Assembly: GCA_002269645.1 (NCBI GenBank)
Contig: NIVC01000343.1
Span: forward strand, 109,218 to 173,217
Reading direction: 5' to 3'
DNA length: 64,000 nt
DNA from: Macrostomum lignano
Lineage: Eukaryota
Shown piece after piece: positions 1 through 12,800 of this stretch (within the stretch, counting starts at the first letter, position 1; every line of letters starts with the position of its first letter). The notes beneath the pieces are model-generated. The model saw nothing but the letters and a program-made list of their open reading frames with translations. It made no database searches and was not told the DNA's origin. The position numbers were made by a program, and so were the translations under genes.

Positions 1-880
1 GCATCTCTCATCGGGTAACAGGGATTCCAGGCATCTCTCATCGGGTAACAGGGATTCCAGGCATCTCTCATCGGGTAACAGGGATTCCAGGCATCTCTCA
101 TCGGGTAACAGGGATTCCAGGCATCTCTCATCGGGTAACAGGATTCCAGGCATCTCTCATCGGGTAACAGGGATTCCAGGCATCTCTCATCGGGTAACAG
201 GGATTCCAGGCATCTCTCATCGGGTAACAGGGATTCCAGGCATCTCTCATCGGGTAACAGGGATTCCAGGCATCTCTCATCGGGTAACAGGGATTCCAGG
301 CATCTCTCATCGGGTAACAGGGATTCCAGGCATCTCTCATCGGGTAACAGGGATTCCAGGCATCTCTCATCGGGTAACAGGGATTCCAGGCATCTCTCAT
401 CGGGTAACAGGGATTCCAGGCATCTCTCATCGGGTAACAGGATTCCAGGCATCTCTCATCGGGTAACAGGGATTCCAGGCATCTCTCATCGGGTAACAGG
501 GATTCCAGGCATCTCTCATCGGGTAACAGGGATTCCAGGCATCTCTCATCGGGTAACAGGGATTCCAGGCATCTCTCATCGGGTAACAGGGATTCCAGGC
601 ATCTCTCATCGGGTAACAGGGATTCCAGGCATCTCTCATCGGGTAACAGGGATTCCAGGCATCTCTCATCGGGTAACAGGGATTCCAGGCGTCTCTATTT
701 TGGGAACAGGGGTTTCAGGCATCTCTAACCAGGGAGAAAAATTCCAGGTATCTCTAATTAGGGAACAGGAATTCGAGGTATCTCCAGTTAGAAAACAAGT
801 GTTCCAGGTATATTTAATTGGAGAACAGGGATATCAGGTATTTCTAATTAGAAAACAGGTGTTCCAGGTATCTCTAAGTA
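1..880. repeat. 30-bp minisatellite (gggattccaggcatctctcatcgggtaaca), degenerate after 690
   Basis: Direct inspection; probably intronic in the Vav-like gene. Confidence 0.95.
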
Positions 881-1004
881 GGTCGGTGTGCGTGTTGCTC
901 AGAGGCCAGCTCAATGGGCCTGACTACTTGCGTATTGCAGCAAACAATCGTTTTAAGCCAGCAAAGTTTCCGTAAAGCATATTTAAAGCAGAATTTAGAA
1001 CACT

Positions 1005-2726
1005 ATGGATCGGATGGATTCTCATCTCCACCCTTGTTGCGCCAGGCGTGGCCGTGCCCAGCAGCTCCCGGCCGCAGTCGCTGATATCGCCGGCGCCGCC
1101 GCGCAGTCCGGCGCTAGGCGCCGGTCCCGTTCGACGCGACACCATCAGCTACGTGGCACCGACGATGCCGGAGCCCACCGGCAGTCCCCGGTCGCCAATC
1201 TCACCAGGTCGGGTCGTCGCCGCCGCCGCAGCAGCCCCAGCGTCGGTGTGCAGCAGCCGAGAGCCTCCGTCGTCAGCAGCGGCCCGCCAGTCTGGTCGGA
1301 CTACTATGTCGGCGTCATGGTCAGGGATGACGCTAAAGACGCTCTCATGCCTATGCCGGTCGGCACCTATCTGGTGCGGGAGAGCCAGGGCAACGGAGAG
1401 TACGCAGTGTCCTTGCGTTGTAAAGACACTGTCAAGCACATGCGAGTGCTCAGATCTGCTGACGGCTATAAGCTGGGCGAGAATATGAATTTCGCCACAG
1501 TGCCAGAGTTGATTACCTATTATTCGTGAGTCTGCTTTGATGGTTTGGCAATTTGCTTTAACTAGTAACTGGCATTTCGGGCATAACTGATTGGGAAACT
1601 GGGACTCCAGGCATCTCTAATTAGAGAACGGGGACTCCAGGCATCTCTAATTAGAGAACGGGGACTCCAGGCATCTCTAATTAGGGAACGGGGACTCCAG
1701 GCATCTCTAATTAGATAACAGGGACTCCAGGTATCTCTCATTAGGGAACGGGGACTCCAGGCATCTCTAATTAGGGAACGGGGACTCCAGGCATCTCTAA
1801 TTAGAGAACGGGGACTCCAGGCATCTCTAATTAGGGAACGGGGACTCCAGGCATCTCTAATTAGGGAACGGGGACTCCAGGCATCTCTAATTAGGGAACG
1901 GGGACTCCAGGCATCTCTAATTAGATAACAGGGACTCCAGGTATCTCTCATTAGGGAACGGGGACTCCAGGCATCTCTAATTAGATAACAGGGACTCCAG
2001 GCATCTCTAATTAGAGAACGGGGACTCCAGGCATCTCTAATTAGATAACAGGGACTCCAGGCATCTCTAATTAGGGAACGGGACTCCAGGCATCTCTAAT
2101 TAGGGAACAGGGACTCCAGGCATCTCTAATTAGAGAACGGGGACTCCAGGCATTTCTATTTAGGGAACGGGGACTCCAGGCATTTCTATTTAGGGAACGG
2201 GGACTCCAGGCATCTCTAATTAGGGAACGGGGACTCCAGGCATCTCTAATTAGAGAACGGGGACTCCAGGCATCTGAAAAATCTCATATTTTAATTAACT
2301 GGTATCTCAGGCATTAAAAACAGGGATTAACACTCATCCAGGGCCCTAAGTTATCAGGTTTGCATTCAGCAGCTGTCAAAAACCATCTCTTTATTTATAC
2401 TTATTCCCCTCTCCAGCTCGAACAGCCTTCGTGAGTGCTTCCGCGAGCTGGACTGTTTACTAGAAATTCCCTACAAAGCCCAGCAGCGCCAGTCGGCCCG
2501 CCAGTCGGTGCGCAGCTCCTCCGGCAGCGTCATCGGCTGGGCGCCGGTGATTCGCGAGTACAGTGCCCCGCCTTCGGCTGGTCACATCAGCCTGAGCGCC
2601 GGTGAGGTTGTCGCCGTGCTGTCGCAGGAGGGCAGCCTCTGGTCCGGGCGGAAGCTCAACAGTCAGGTTGGACTTTTCCCTGCCGACTGTGTTGGCCCAA
2701 TCAGTGCTCAGCCCTCCGCGGAGTGA
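1005..2726 (+). CDS. vav: 3' part of a Vav-like gene (linker, SH2, C-terminal SH3); 5' exons lie upstream of the window or are unresolved
   Basis: SH2 exon (WSDYYVGVM...GTYLVRES...YAVSL...VKHMRV...FATVPELITYY) ends at a phase-2 donor GTGAGT at 1526. The acceptor ctccag ends at 2416. Exon 2417-2726 reads SNSLRECFRELDCLLEIPYK followed by an SH3 domain (ISLSAGEVV..LWSG..VGLFPADCV) and TGA. The SLxExFxxLDxxLxxPYK segment between SH2 and SH3 matches Vav. The 5' boundary and linker frame are uncertain. Confidence 0.75.
1595..2275. repeat. 30-bp minisatellite (gggactccaggcatctctaattagggaacg), same family as 1-880
   Basis: Direct inspection; lies in the Vav-like SH2/SH3 intron. Confidence 0.95.
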
Positions 2727-2804
2727 CGCCTGGCAACTGGTCAGGGACCGGTGATTGTGTGCGTGACTAGCTTGCGTAATGTTGCTAATTGGGCGGGGGG
2801 TGGG

Positions 2805-4115
2805 GCAATGCTTCAGAGGGCGCTGCTCCCCACCCCAATGCTTCAGAGGGCGCTGCTGCCCCCCCCACACCCCAATGCTTCAGAGGGCGCTGCTGCCCCC
2901 CCCCCACCCCAATGCTTCAGAGGGCGCTGCTCCCCACCCCAATGCTTCAGAGGGCGCTGCTGCCCCCCCCACACCCCAATGCTTCAGAGGGCGCTGCTGC
3001 CCCCCCCCACCCCAATGCTTCAGAGGGCGCTGCTGCCCCCCCCACCCCAATGCTTCAGAGGGCGCTGCTCCCCCCCACCCCAATGCTTCAGAGGACGCTG
3101 CTGCCCCCCACCCCAATGCTTCAGAGGACGCTGCTGCCCCCCCCCACCCAATGCTTCAGAGGACGCTGCTGCCCCCCCACCCAATGCTTCAGAGGGTGCT
3201 GCTCCCCACCCCAATGCTTCAGAGGGCGCTGCCCCACCCCAATGCTTCAGTGGGCGCTGCCCCCACCCCAATGCTTCAGAGGGCGCTGCTGCCCCCCCCC
3301 ACACCCCAATGCTTCAGAGGGCGCTGCTGCCCCCCCCCCACCCCAATGCTTCAGAGGGCGCTGCTGCCCCCCCCCACCCCAATGCTTCAGAGGACGCTGC
3401 TGCCCCCCCACCCCAATGCTTCAGAGGACGCTGCTGCCCCCCACCCCAATGCTTCAGAGGGTGCTGCTCCCCACCCCAATGCTTCAGAGGGCGCTGCTCC
3501 CCACCCCAATGCTTCAGTGGGCGCTGCCCCCACCCCAATGCTTCAGTGGGCGCTGCTCCCCACCCCAATGCTTCAGTGGGCGCTGCTGCCCCCCACCCCA
3601 ATGCTTCAGAGGGCGCTGCTGCCCCCCACCCAATGCTTCAGAGGACTCCGCTGCCCCTTCAATGCTTCAGAGGACTCCGCTGCCCCCCCCCAATGCTTCA
3701 GAGGACTCCGCTGCCCCCCCACCCCAATGCTTCAGAGGACTCCGCTGCCCCTCCCCAATGCTTCAGAGGACTCCGCTGACCCCCCCAATGCTTCAGAGGA
3801 CTCCGCTGCCCCCTCCCCAATGCTTCAGAGGACTCCGCTGCCCCCCCCCCAATGCTTCAGAGGACTCCGCTGCCCCCCCCCCAATGCTTCAGAGGACTCC
3901 GCTGCCCCCCCCCAATGCTTCAGAGGACTCCGCTCCCCCCCCCCAATGCTTCAGAGGACTCCGCTGACCCCCCAATGCTTCAGAGGACTCCGCTGCCCCC
4001 CCCCCAATGCTTCAGAGGACTCCGCTGCCCCCCCCCCAATGCTTCAGAGGACTCCGCTGCCCCCCCCCCAATGCTTCAGAGGACTCCGCTGCCCCCCCCA
4101 ATGCTTCAGAGGACT
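2805..4115. repeat. About 30-35 bp C-rich minisatellite (caatgcttcagagggcgctgctg-Cn-accc)
   Basis: Direct inspection; starts about 80 nt after the Vav stop codon. Confidence 0.95.
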
Positions 4116-6415
4116 CCTGCTTCCTGCATGGCTGGATTGCGCAGCCAAAAAATGAAATGCCTCAAACTTTGAGGCATTTTGACTTCCACTTTTTATTTTT
4201 TCACATCTAAGAAATGCTTTGCAATTGTTCTGTTTTGCCGCGAGCCTATGTCGTAAATATCCATTACGTCATCACCAGTAATTGTTTGTGGTTAAAATCT
4301 TAGATTTCGATCTAAAGCATAACTCTTTGTTTACATTTTTTTCATTGAATAACATACATGTGATTCTTATACTATTTACATAAATATAGATGGCCTATGT
4401 AATGATTAATTTTTTCTGTTTTTTTTTAAAACAAGCTACTTTTTTTTAAACAAAAACTCCGATATTGTTCATATATATTGTCGAAGCCCACCCAGTTCAG
4501 ACTAAGCTAGTGGATTTTACATGTAATTTTTTTTTTTTAACAAAATCAAATATCCTTCTTACCTACTAAGAGTAGGAAGAGACGCACTTTATTTTTTTAA
4601 CTATTCGCCCTTTATATATTACTCTGGTCAGTGACAAGTCTAGCTTATATTCGCACTGCTTTGTAGATAACCTGGTCACAGACAAATAATATGTAGTAAT
4701 AACAATGATCAATTAGCATAGCATATTATAGGTTTGAAAGCTTGTATAATAATATTTTTACAAATGCCATCCTAAATCCAGTGCTTTTAACTATAGTATT
4801 TGTCAGTCTGCTGCTTTCTGCGTCCTTTAAAACATTTGTTCTTCATTAATTTCAATTTTATCTGTACCTCTTTAATTTTAAAGTTTTTTTTTTAATTAAT
4901 ACCCTGGGTGTTGAATAAATTCGTATCCAGAAATTTTAAACCAGAAGTTTTACTAAAGCAACTTTGCTAATTACTTTACTATCAGTAGTCTGTTGCCTAT
5001 ACATTTTATCTAGGTGTATGCTCCTTATATTATTCCCTATTCCTTATATAATCATCCCTGCTCAGAATTCTTGTTGCCAAGGCTCGTTCGGAACCGCGGC
5101 GAAATCGGATTTTCTACTCGAGCTCACGGCCGCCCCCTTCCCCAGCTCCATCACCCTGCCAAGCAGCGCATCTCATTCTGGATTAAGAAAATTTTTATAT
5201 TAATTCCTTCCCCTTCTCTCCCAGATCTCTGGCTGCGAATGAGGAGTACTCGCTGATCAAATCTGGCGTGCCCAGCTCTCTGTGTCCTCTCGTGTATAAG
5301 TCTGGCTAGTTGGCCGTAAAACTGCATTTCTAGGCTAGGGTGTAAGCGGCTTGGATTAAATCTAAATTGCTTCGCCTGAAAATCTTTGAGAGGGCTGTAA
5401 TGCTCAGTTGTGAGAGTTGGTTTCAGCTTCTGTACAACATCAATGCTGTTGAGTTTCCCTGGCTCTCGTGCAGAATTGTGTGGATCCAGATTCGAACCCA
5501 GGTAGCTTCACTATCAATCAGATACAATTAAAAAGACCGAATTCAACTGCAAGCATACTATATAGCTAATATCTATTGAGAATCTATTGGCGTCTGGGAC
5601 TGGGTGCTTGTGACAACCTGTTTATTTTGATAATAGATTTAATTGCATGCGTCACGTAAGCTTTCACATTATGCTTATACATAACAATACGTACGTTGAA
5701 TATTAAGCTACTGCGTTCTAACTTTTAATAGCAGTTCACGACAGCTGTTCATAGTTTACAAAAATGCCAGTCGTGAACTGCTATTTTGTTTGAATGAATA
5801 GAAAATGAAGTTTAGAAACAGAAGAGTTTTCAGAGGCCATATGTTGCTAACTGCTCAATGCAAAGCAGTTTTACTTATTTTGCATCGTTTTGCTGGGCTG
5901 GGGGCTTAATTTAGGGTGCGGGAAAAACACTCGTGCTACTGCTGCTAAAGCGGCTTAAAATTGATTGCTTTCACAACAGCAGAAAAATGAGAAAAAGAAC
6001 AGGGCTAAAAAGCAAAAGCGCGTTGAAATACGAAAGAACCAAGCTGGAGGGGGGCTGCTCTACCCTGCAGCTACAACCTGCAGAATTGAAGCGATTGCGA
6101 TTATAAATTAATGGGCTTTGAATCTAGCAACGCACACTACGCAACGGAAAATCAATGATGGTACAGTGTAATAGGAAGTGTTCAGCTGACGTGTACACGA
6201 CTTGGTGCTTGCAGAAACACAGACACACTTTAGTATAATGAATGTTGTGCCCTCTGCAGGCAAGCAATATATATACAGAGCCATCGAGTAGCCATCAGAT
6301 ATCTTGGCTGAAGATTTTAATTAAGATAACTGTCTTAGTCAGACCCTCCCTGAAATTTCGGGACCCAAATAGCGGATCTCCGCACGCATCCAAGACCTAC
6401 ATGCATGCACAATCT

Positions 6416-6665
6416 ACCTAGTGGTTAGAGCGTCGGACTCATGACTGAAAGGCCGGGGGTTCGATTCCCGACCCAGTCGGGACAATTTGTGTCCTTGAGC
6501 AAGACACTTGACTCTGCATTGCTTCAGTTCACCCAGCTGTAAAATGGGTGCCAGCATTAGCTGGGGTAATTGAGGCTGTGTGTGGCGACCCCTCAGTCTT
6601 TGAATTGATCAGCCGTACGCAGCCTTCAGATGCGCCGCGCAATAGCTGCGGCTGAGCTGTCGGTT
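6416..6665 (+). mobile_element. tRNA-derived SINE, family A (CORE-like), copy 1, slightly 5'-truncated
   Basis: A-box remnant CTAGTGGTTAGAGC and B-box GGTTCGATTCC. The central gtgtccttgagcaagacacttgac..cagctgtaaaatggg resembles the MIR/CORE consensus. Closely similar to 18822-19084. Confidence 0.8.
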
Positions 6666-6847
6666 CTGCGACCTTCTTAACGACCTTCTGGCAACTTTAC
6701 ACTGTATCAGGCCTTGAGTCCCTGGGACTGGCATTAATGGCTTTGACCAAAAACAAAATAAGTCGTAACAAAACCTGCCTAGCAACAAGCATGCAAACGG
6801 CTGAGGTCTATGAGCGTGACGCGTGAGCCATCCCTGAGTGCTGGATC

Positions 6848-9800
6848 TTACGACACGTTCGTGTCGTTGGGAATGACACCCGGCACAATCTCGTTGCCCT
6901 CTTTGGGGTAGTAGACCACGATCGACATCACTATGGTGACGAAGTAGATGACAAAGAACAGCCTGTCGAGCACCATGGCAACCGAGCGCCACTCTTGCAC
7001 GGTGCGACCGACCCGTTCTTTGCCTTCGTGCAGTCGTTGAATGTAGCGCAGAGCTTTGACAATGTCTCGCAGGTCCTTGGCCAGGGTGTTCAGCTTTCGT
7101 CTGGCTATCGGCTCCATCGCTAGCAGGGCTGGCGCCATCAGCGGCTGCTGCTGACAGTTCAAGTAGCCTAAAGGATTTGACTGCGACAGCAGCAGCTGCT
7201 GCGACATGTTCGGCTGCACCGAGGCGCCGTTGACCCGGCCGTAGCTGTAGGGAGGTGCCGAAGAGAGCAGCTGCTGCTGCTGCTGAGTCTGCTGCATCTG
7301 CCGTAATTGAAACTCTGTCTGTTGCTTTTGCTGCTGCTGTTGCTGTTGCTGCTGCGGCTGGGGCTTGGCCGCCAAGGTCACAAAGAGCATGCGAGCTCCG
7401 TGCTCGATGGCCAGCTGCGGGCGAGCGTGCGGTGCAGGGGCGGTTCGACTGAACACAAAAGCTTCGAACAACACAGGCATGTACACTTCACTGTGCCTTG
7501 GGGGTTGGCCCTCTAGGCCGTTAATTGCACGAGCAGAGCCAAGCCGAGATTCCAATTTTGCCCCAAATTAAAGTGACTGCACTTGGAATATCCTCTGCAA
7601 CATAAGAGCGGCGCCAGACCACTGGGTTACGGCCCCTTCAAACTAGCTAACCATGGTGTAAGGAATTCCCGCTGTATTTGGCAATACTGCGTTCGCAACA
7701 CAGCGGCTCACCTTTTTGAGCCAGCGCGGCACCTCCTGCCTGTTGTCGCCGCGGAAGTGAAAATTCACCACAATGACAGACAGGAAGGTGGATAGGGTGA
7801 TGATGCCCATGTTGAGGCAGTAGTACTGGCCTGCGCGTGGGCGGGGAGTTGGAGAGATTTGCGGTTTATTTCGACCGAGGCAAAGTAAAAAGATGGTTAA
7901 AATACAAAAATAGAAAGCTTTTTCGTTCCCGGATGCAGTCACGCAAGCGGTGCCATCCGATCCACAAAGTCTGCCCTCATTAACCACTGTCTGTCTCTGT
8001 ACTCTGTCAATCATTTTTCTGAGCAACACCGCACTGCATTTCGTTTGAGTTACTTGAAATTTGAAATTTATTCAAAATTGATTAACCTGACAACATTCAC
8101 TATTTTGAAGTTGAAAATTCCTAATTCAGAGATCTGACAACATAGTGGAAGTCCTGACACTCTCGTCGGAGACCCTGACAATCTCTTTTAGGGAATCTGA
8201 CATCCTCTCGTAGGGAATCTGACATCCTCTCGTAGGGAATCTGACATCCTCTCGTAGGGGATCTGACATCCTCTCGTAGGGGATCTGACATCCTCTCGTA
8301 GGGAATCTGACATCCTCTCGTAGGGAATCTGACATCCTCTCGTAGGGAATCTGACATCCTCTCGTAGGGGATCTGACATCCTCTCGTAGGGGATCTGACA
8401 TCCTCTCGTAGGGGATCTGACATCCTCTCGTAGGGGATCTGACATCCTCTCGTAGGGGATCTGACATCCTCTCGTAGGGGATCTGACATCCTCTCGTAGG
8501 GGATCTGACATCTTCTCGTAGGGAATCTGACATCCTCTCGTAGGGGATCTGACATCCTCTCGTAGGGAATCTGACATCCTCTCGTAGGGGATCTGACATC
8601 CTCTCGTAGGGGATCTGACATCCTCTCGTAGGGAATCTGACATCCTCTCGTAGGGGATCTGACATCCTCTCGTAGGGGATCTGAAATCCTCGTAGGGGAT
8701 CTGACATCCTCTCGTAGGGGATCTGACATCCTCTCGTAGGGGATCTGACATCCTCTCGTAGGGAATCTGAAATCCTCTCGTAGGGAATCTGACAACCTCT
8801 CGTCGAAGACCCTGACAGCCCAACCAGCCCGAATTCGACTGCTCAAACCGAACTCACCAATCAGCGGGAACGAGTCCGATGCAGAGGGAGTCTGGCCCTC
8901 GAGCAGCAGCATCAGCAGGAAGAATGCAACGAAGATGTTCATGCCTGAGCATTGCGGAATCGATTGAGTCATTAGCAACCATCACTAACCACGAGCTACA
9001 TAAACAACAAGATCAGAATGAAGCTGCATTCAGTCCAAAATCGTGCAGATTTCTCTGAGAGGTGGTTTTTTCTCTGCATAATGCGTTTTTGCCAAGTTTC
9101 TCAAGCTAAAGCTTCAAATAAGTTTAAAATATTTGTTTGTTTCCTAATCCGTTTAATAAAAAATAAAATTATAAATCAACCTCAACTGAGACGTTTTACA
9201 AGCTCGAAGCTTCACAAGCTCCTAAGGTGAGCTATTGTTAATTTAGTGGTAAAATATCCGCTTGTGCCCGTCACCAGACCAGGTTTTCTAGTGTGGATAC
9301 CCTTCCACCTTTTCTATTATACTTGTCCATTGTGCAGCCAGCAGGTGGCGAGCTCACCGAGCACCATCTTGGCCGGAGTCTCCGGCGGCAGCCAGAACAG
9401 CACCAGAGTGAGGGAGGACAGCAGGCAGCAGGGCAGGATGAGGATCAGGGTGGAGAAGGCGGTGTTTCGCCGGATCCACAGCCAGAACGTGATGTCTACG
9501 TAGGGCTCCGGGCAGCAGGGGTAGACCTGCTCCTTGAACTTGGCCGAGTGGTTCAGTATCTCCCACTCTGGACTGTCCACCATGCCCTCAACGTCGAAGG
9601 CGGTCATGTTTCGATAATAGGTGATGTTCACCCGCCAGCTGTGTGAATTTAGGGAAAGTTCTAACTGTCTCCGTGTATAAATTATAACAAAAATATGCCA
9701 AAAAGTGGGCTGCTTAGTTCAGTTGCTAAGGATATCTTGGAATGCTCTGAAACCGGTTGCTAAGGGCGCTAGGAGGGTTTCTTGGAATGGGCTGAAAATG

Positions 9801-12800
9801 GTTGCTAAGGGCGCTAGTAGGGTTTCTTGGAATGGGCTGAAAATGGTTGCTAAGGGCGCTAGTAGGGTTTCTTGGAATGCTCTGAAACTGGTTGCTAAGG
9901 GCGCTAGTAGGGTTTCTTGGAATGCTCTAAAACTGGTTCCTAAGGGCGCTAGAAGGGTTTCTTGTAAGGCTCTGAAACTGGTTACAACAGTTGCTAACGA
10001 CGCTTTGAGGGCTTCTAGACGGGTTTCTAAGGCCATCAGACAGTCAGTCAGCTCACCACCACATCAGCAATGCCCCCCCCCAACTCACCCATCGTAAGTC
10101 CATGGGCCGAACTTCAACCAGCAGACCTGCTTATCAAATGGGAAATATTTGATTTTGATTTCGCACGCGCTCTTGTAGATGGCCATCGGGTGCCACTCCA
10201 CCGTGCCGTTGTGGTGCACCTTGGCTGCCGAATCGCGCCTCTCCTCCAACCTCTCGTCGGCGCTGTTGCCGAGGGGGGGGTGATTCAAGATTAGCCAGAA
10301 ATCAATCAGAGGGAGACACTGACCCCATATTTTGAGAATCATATATTTGAAATTAGCTGGTCTGGGAACCGATAATTGGCTGGTGTCTCTTGGTTGGCGC
10401 CCCTGCCTCTTGGTTGGCGCCCCTGCCTCTTGGTTGGCGCCCCTGTCTCTTGGTTGGCGCCCCTGTCTCTTGGTTGGCGCCCCTGCCTCTTGGTTAGCGC
10501 CACTGTCTCTTGGTTGGCGCCCCTGCCTCTTGGTTGGCGCCACTGTCTCTTGGTTGGCGCCCCTGCCTCTTGGTTGGCGCCCCTGTCTCTTGGTTGGTGC
10601 CACTGTCTCTTGGTTGGCGCCCCTGTCTCTTGGTTGGCGCCCCTGTCTCTTGGTTGGTACCCTTATCTCTTGGTTGGCGCCCCTGTCTCTTGGTTGGCGC
10701 CCCTGCCTCTTGGTTGGCGCCCCTGCCTCTTGGTTGGTGCCACTGTCTCTTGGTTGGCGCCCCTGCCTCTTGGTTGGCGCCCCTGCCTCTTGGTTAGCGC
10801 CACTGTCTCTTGGTTGGCGCCCCTGCCTCTTGGTTGGCGCCACTGTCTCTTGGTTGGCGCCCCTGCCTCTTGGTTGGCGCCCCTGCCTCTTGGTTGGCGC
10901 CCCTGCCTCTTGGTTGGCGCCCCTGTCTCTTGGTTGGCGCCCCTGTCTCTTGGTTGGCGCCCCTGTCTCTTGGTTGGTGCCACTGTCTCTTGGTTGGCGC
11001 CCCTGCCTCTTGGTTGGCGCCCCTGTCTCTTGGTTGGCGCCCCTGCCTCTTGGTTGGCGCTCCTGTCTCTTGGTTGGAGCCCCTTGCCAGTTTTATTTAT
11101 TGATAGCTCTTGGGAGAACGCATTTTTTGAGACTAATTGAGGGTCCGCACCCCCTGGTCCCCTCTGAGGATACCAATGCCCCCGATGTACATAATCATTA
11201 GTATGTTAAGCATTCAAAGCATTCAGAGCTCACTAGTTGTACAGCGCAATGTCCGGCAGCCACAGTTTTCTGGTGGGAATGTGCAGCAACTTGATGCCTG
11301 ACTCCTCCTCAGGCTCCCAGCGCAGGTGATAGTCAACCCATTGCTGCGGGTACAGGTGAGGACGGGAGGCAGTTGCTACCCTTTCTGGGCCATTCGAGGA
11401 CTCGGGATTATCGCTCAAGAAATGATTTATGAATTATGAGCGCAAGTTGTGGGATTCTGGGATGAAAGAAGCACAAGAGATGATGAAGGTTATGAAAAAT
11501 GATACAAGACATTGAAGACACGAGAGCTGAGGTAGAATAAACAGAAATCTGGGATAGAGTGCACACAAGAATGAAGATTTATAATAGATATAGCACACAA
11601 TAGTCAAGATGGAACAGGTACGAGAATCGAAATATAACAGATATAACACCAGAATCAAAGATATAACAGATGATATATAGCACACCAGAATCAGGGATAC
11701 AACGGATATAACAGATGTAACACACTAAAATCAAAGATATAACACACTAGAATGTAAGATATAACAGATATAGCACACCAGAATCAGGGATATAACAGAT
11801 ATAGCACACCAGAATCAGGGATATAACAGATATAACACACCAGAATCAGGAATATAACAGATATAACACACCAGAATCAGGGATATAACAGATATAGCAC
11901 ACCAGAATCAAGGATACAACAGATATAGCACACCAGAATCAGGGATATAACAGATATAACACACCAGAATCAGGAATATAACAGATATAACACACCAGAA
12001 TCAGGGATATAACAGATATAGCACACCAGAATCAAGGATACAACGGATATAACAGATGTAACACACTAAAATCAAAGATATAACACACTAGAATGTAAGA
12101 TATAACAGATATAGCACACCAGAATCAGGGATATAACAGATATAACACACCAGAATCAGGGATATAACAGATATAACACACCAGAATCAGGGATATAACA
12201 GATATAGCACACCAGAATCAAGGATACAACAGATATAGCACACCAGAATCAGGAATATAACAGATATAACACACCAGAATCAGGGATATAACAGATATAA
12301 CACACCAGAATCAGGGATAAAATAGATATAGCACACCAGAATCAAGGATACAACAGATATAACACACCAGAATCCAAGATATAACAGATATAACACACCA
12401 GAATCAAAGATATAACAGATATAAAACATTTGAAGCAAGGATATAACAGGTATAAAACACCAGAATCAAGGGTAAAACAGGTATAACCCCAGAATCAAAG
12501 ATATAACAGATATAGCACACAGAATCAAAGATACAACAGGTTCGCCACTCACATAGAGCGATATAACGCTGATCGTGAGCACCTGCTCCATCTCGTTCAG
12601 GTCCAGGATCTGCACCAGGCGCAGGCCGAACTGCACTGTGATCTGCTGTATGGGGATCTTGCTGGAGTTCGCGCCCTTCTCCCTCGGCCGTAGAATCTTC
12701 GGCGTCGCGCCGTCCGGGTCGAAGTCCACCACAGGGCGGCTCTTCTTGTCGTAGTCTCGCAGCAGCTCCTGGATGAGGTTCTTCTCCGCCATCTTCACCC

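Noticed and set aside
2751-4210. Pro-rich ORFs of 342-458 aa
   Set aside because: All three frames are open because of the repeat, and they lie downstream of the Vav stop.
5240-5530. Possible third SINE (minus-strand GGTTCGAATC B-box)
   Set aside because: Single copy in the window with no clear A box, tail or TSD.
6416-6485. tRNA gene
   Set aside because: The tRNA-like head runs into a conserved SINE body and has no complete acceptor stem; the same applies at 18822 and 29271.
8121-12470. Long repeat-derived ORFs in nAChR introns
   Set aside because: They are periodic translations of minisatellites; only the short exon parts are coding.
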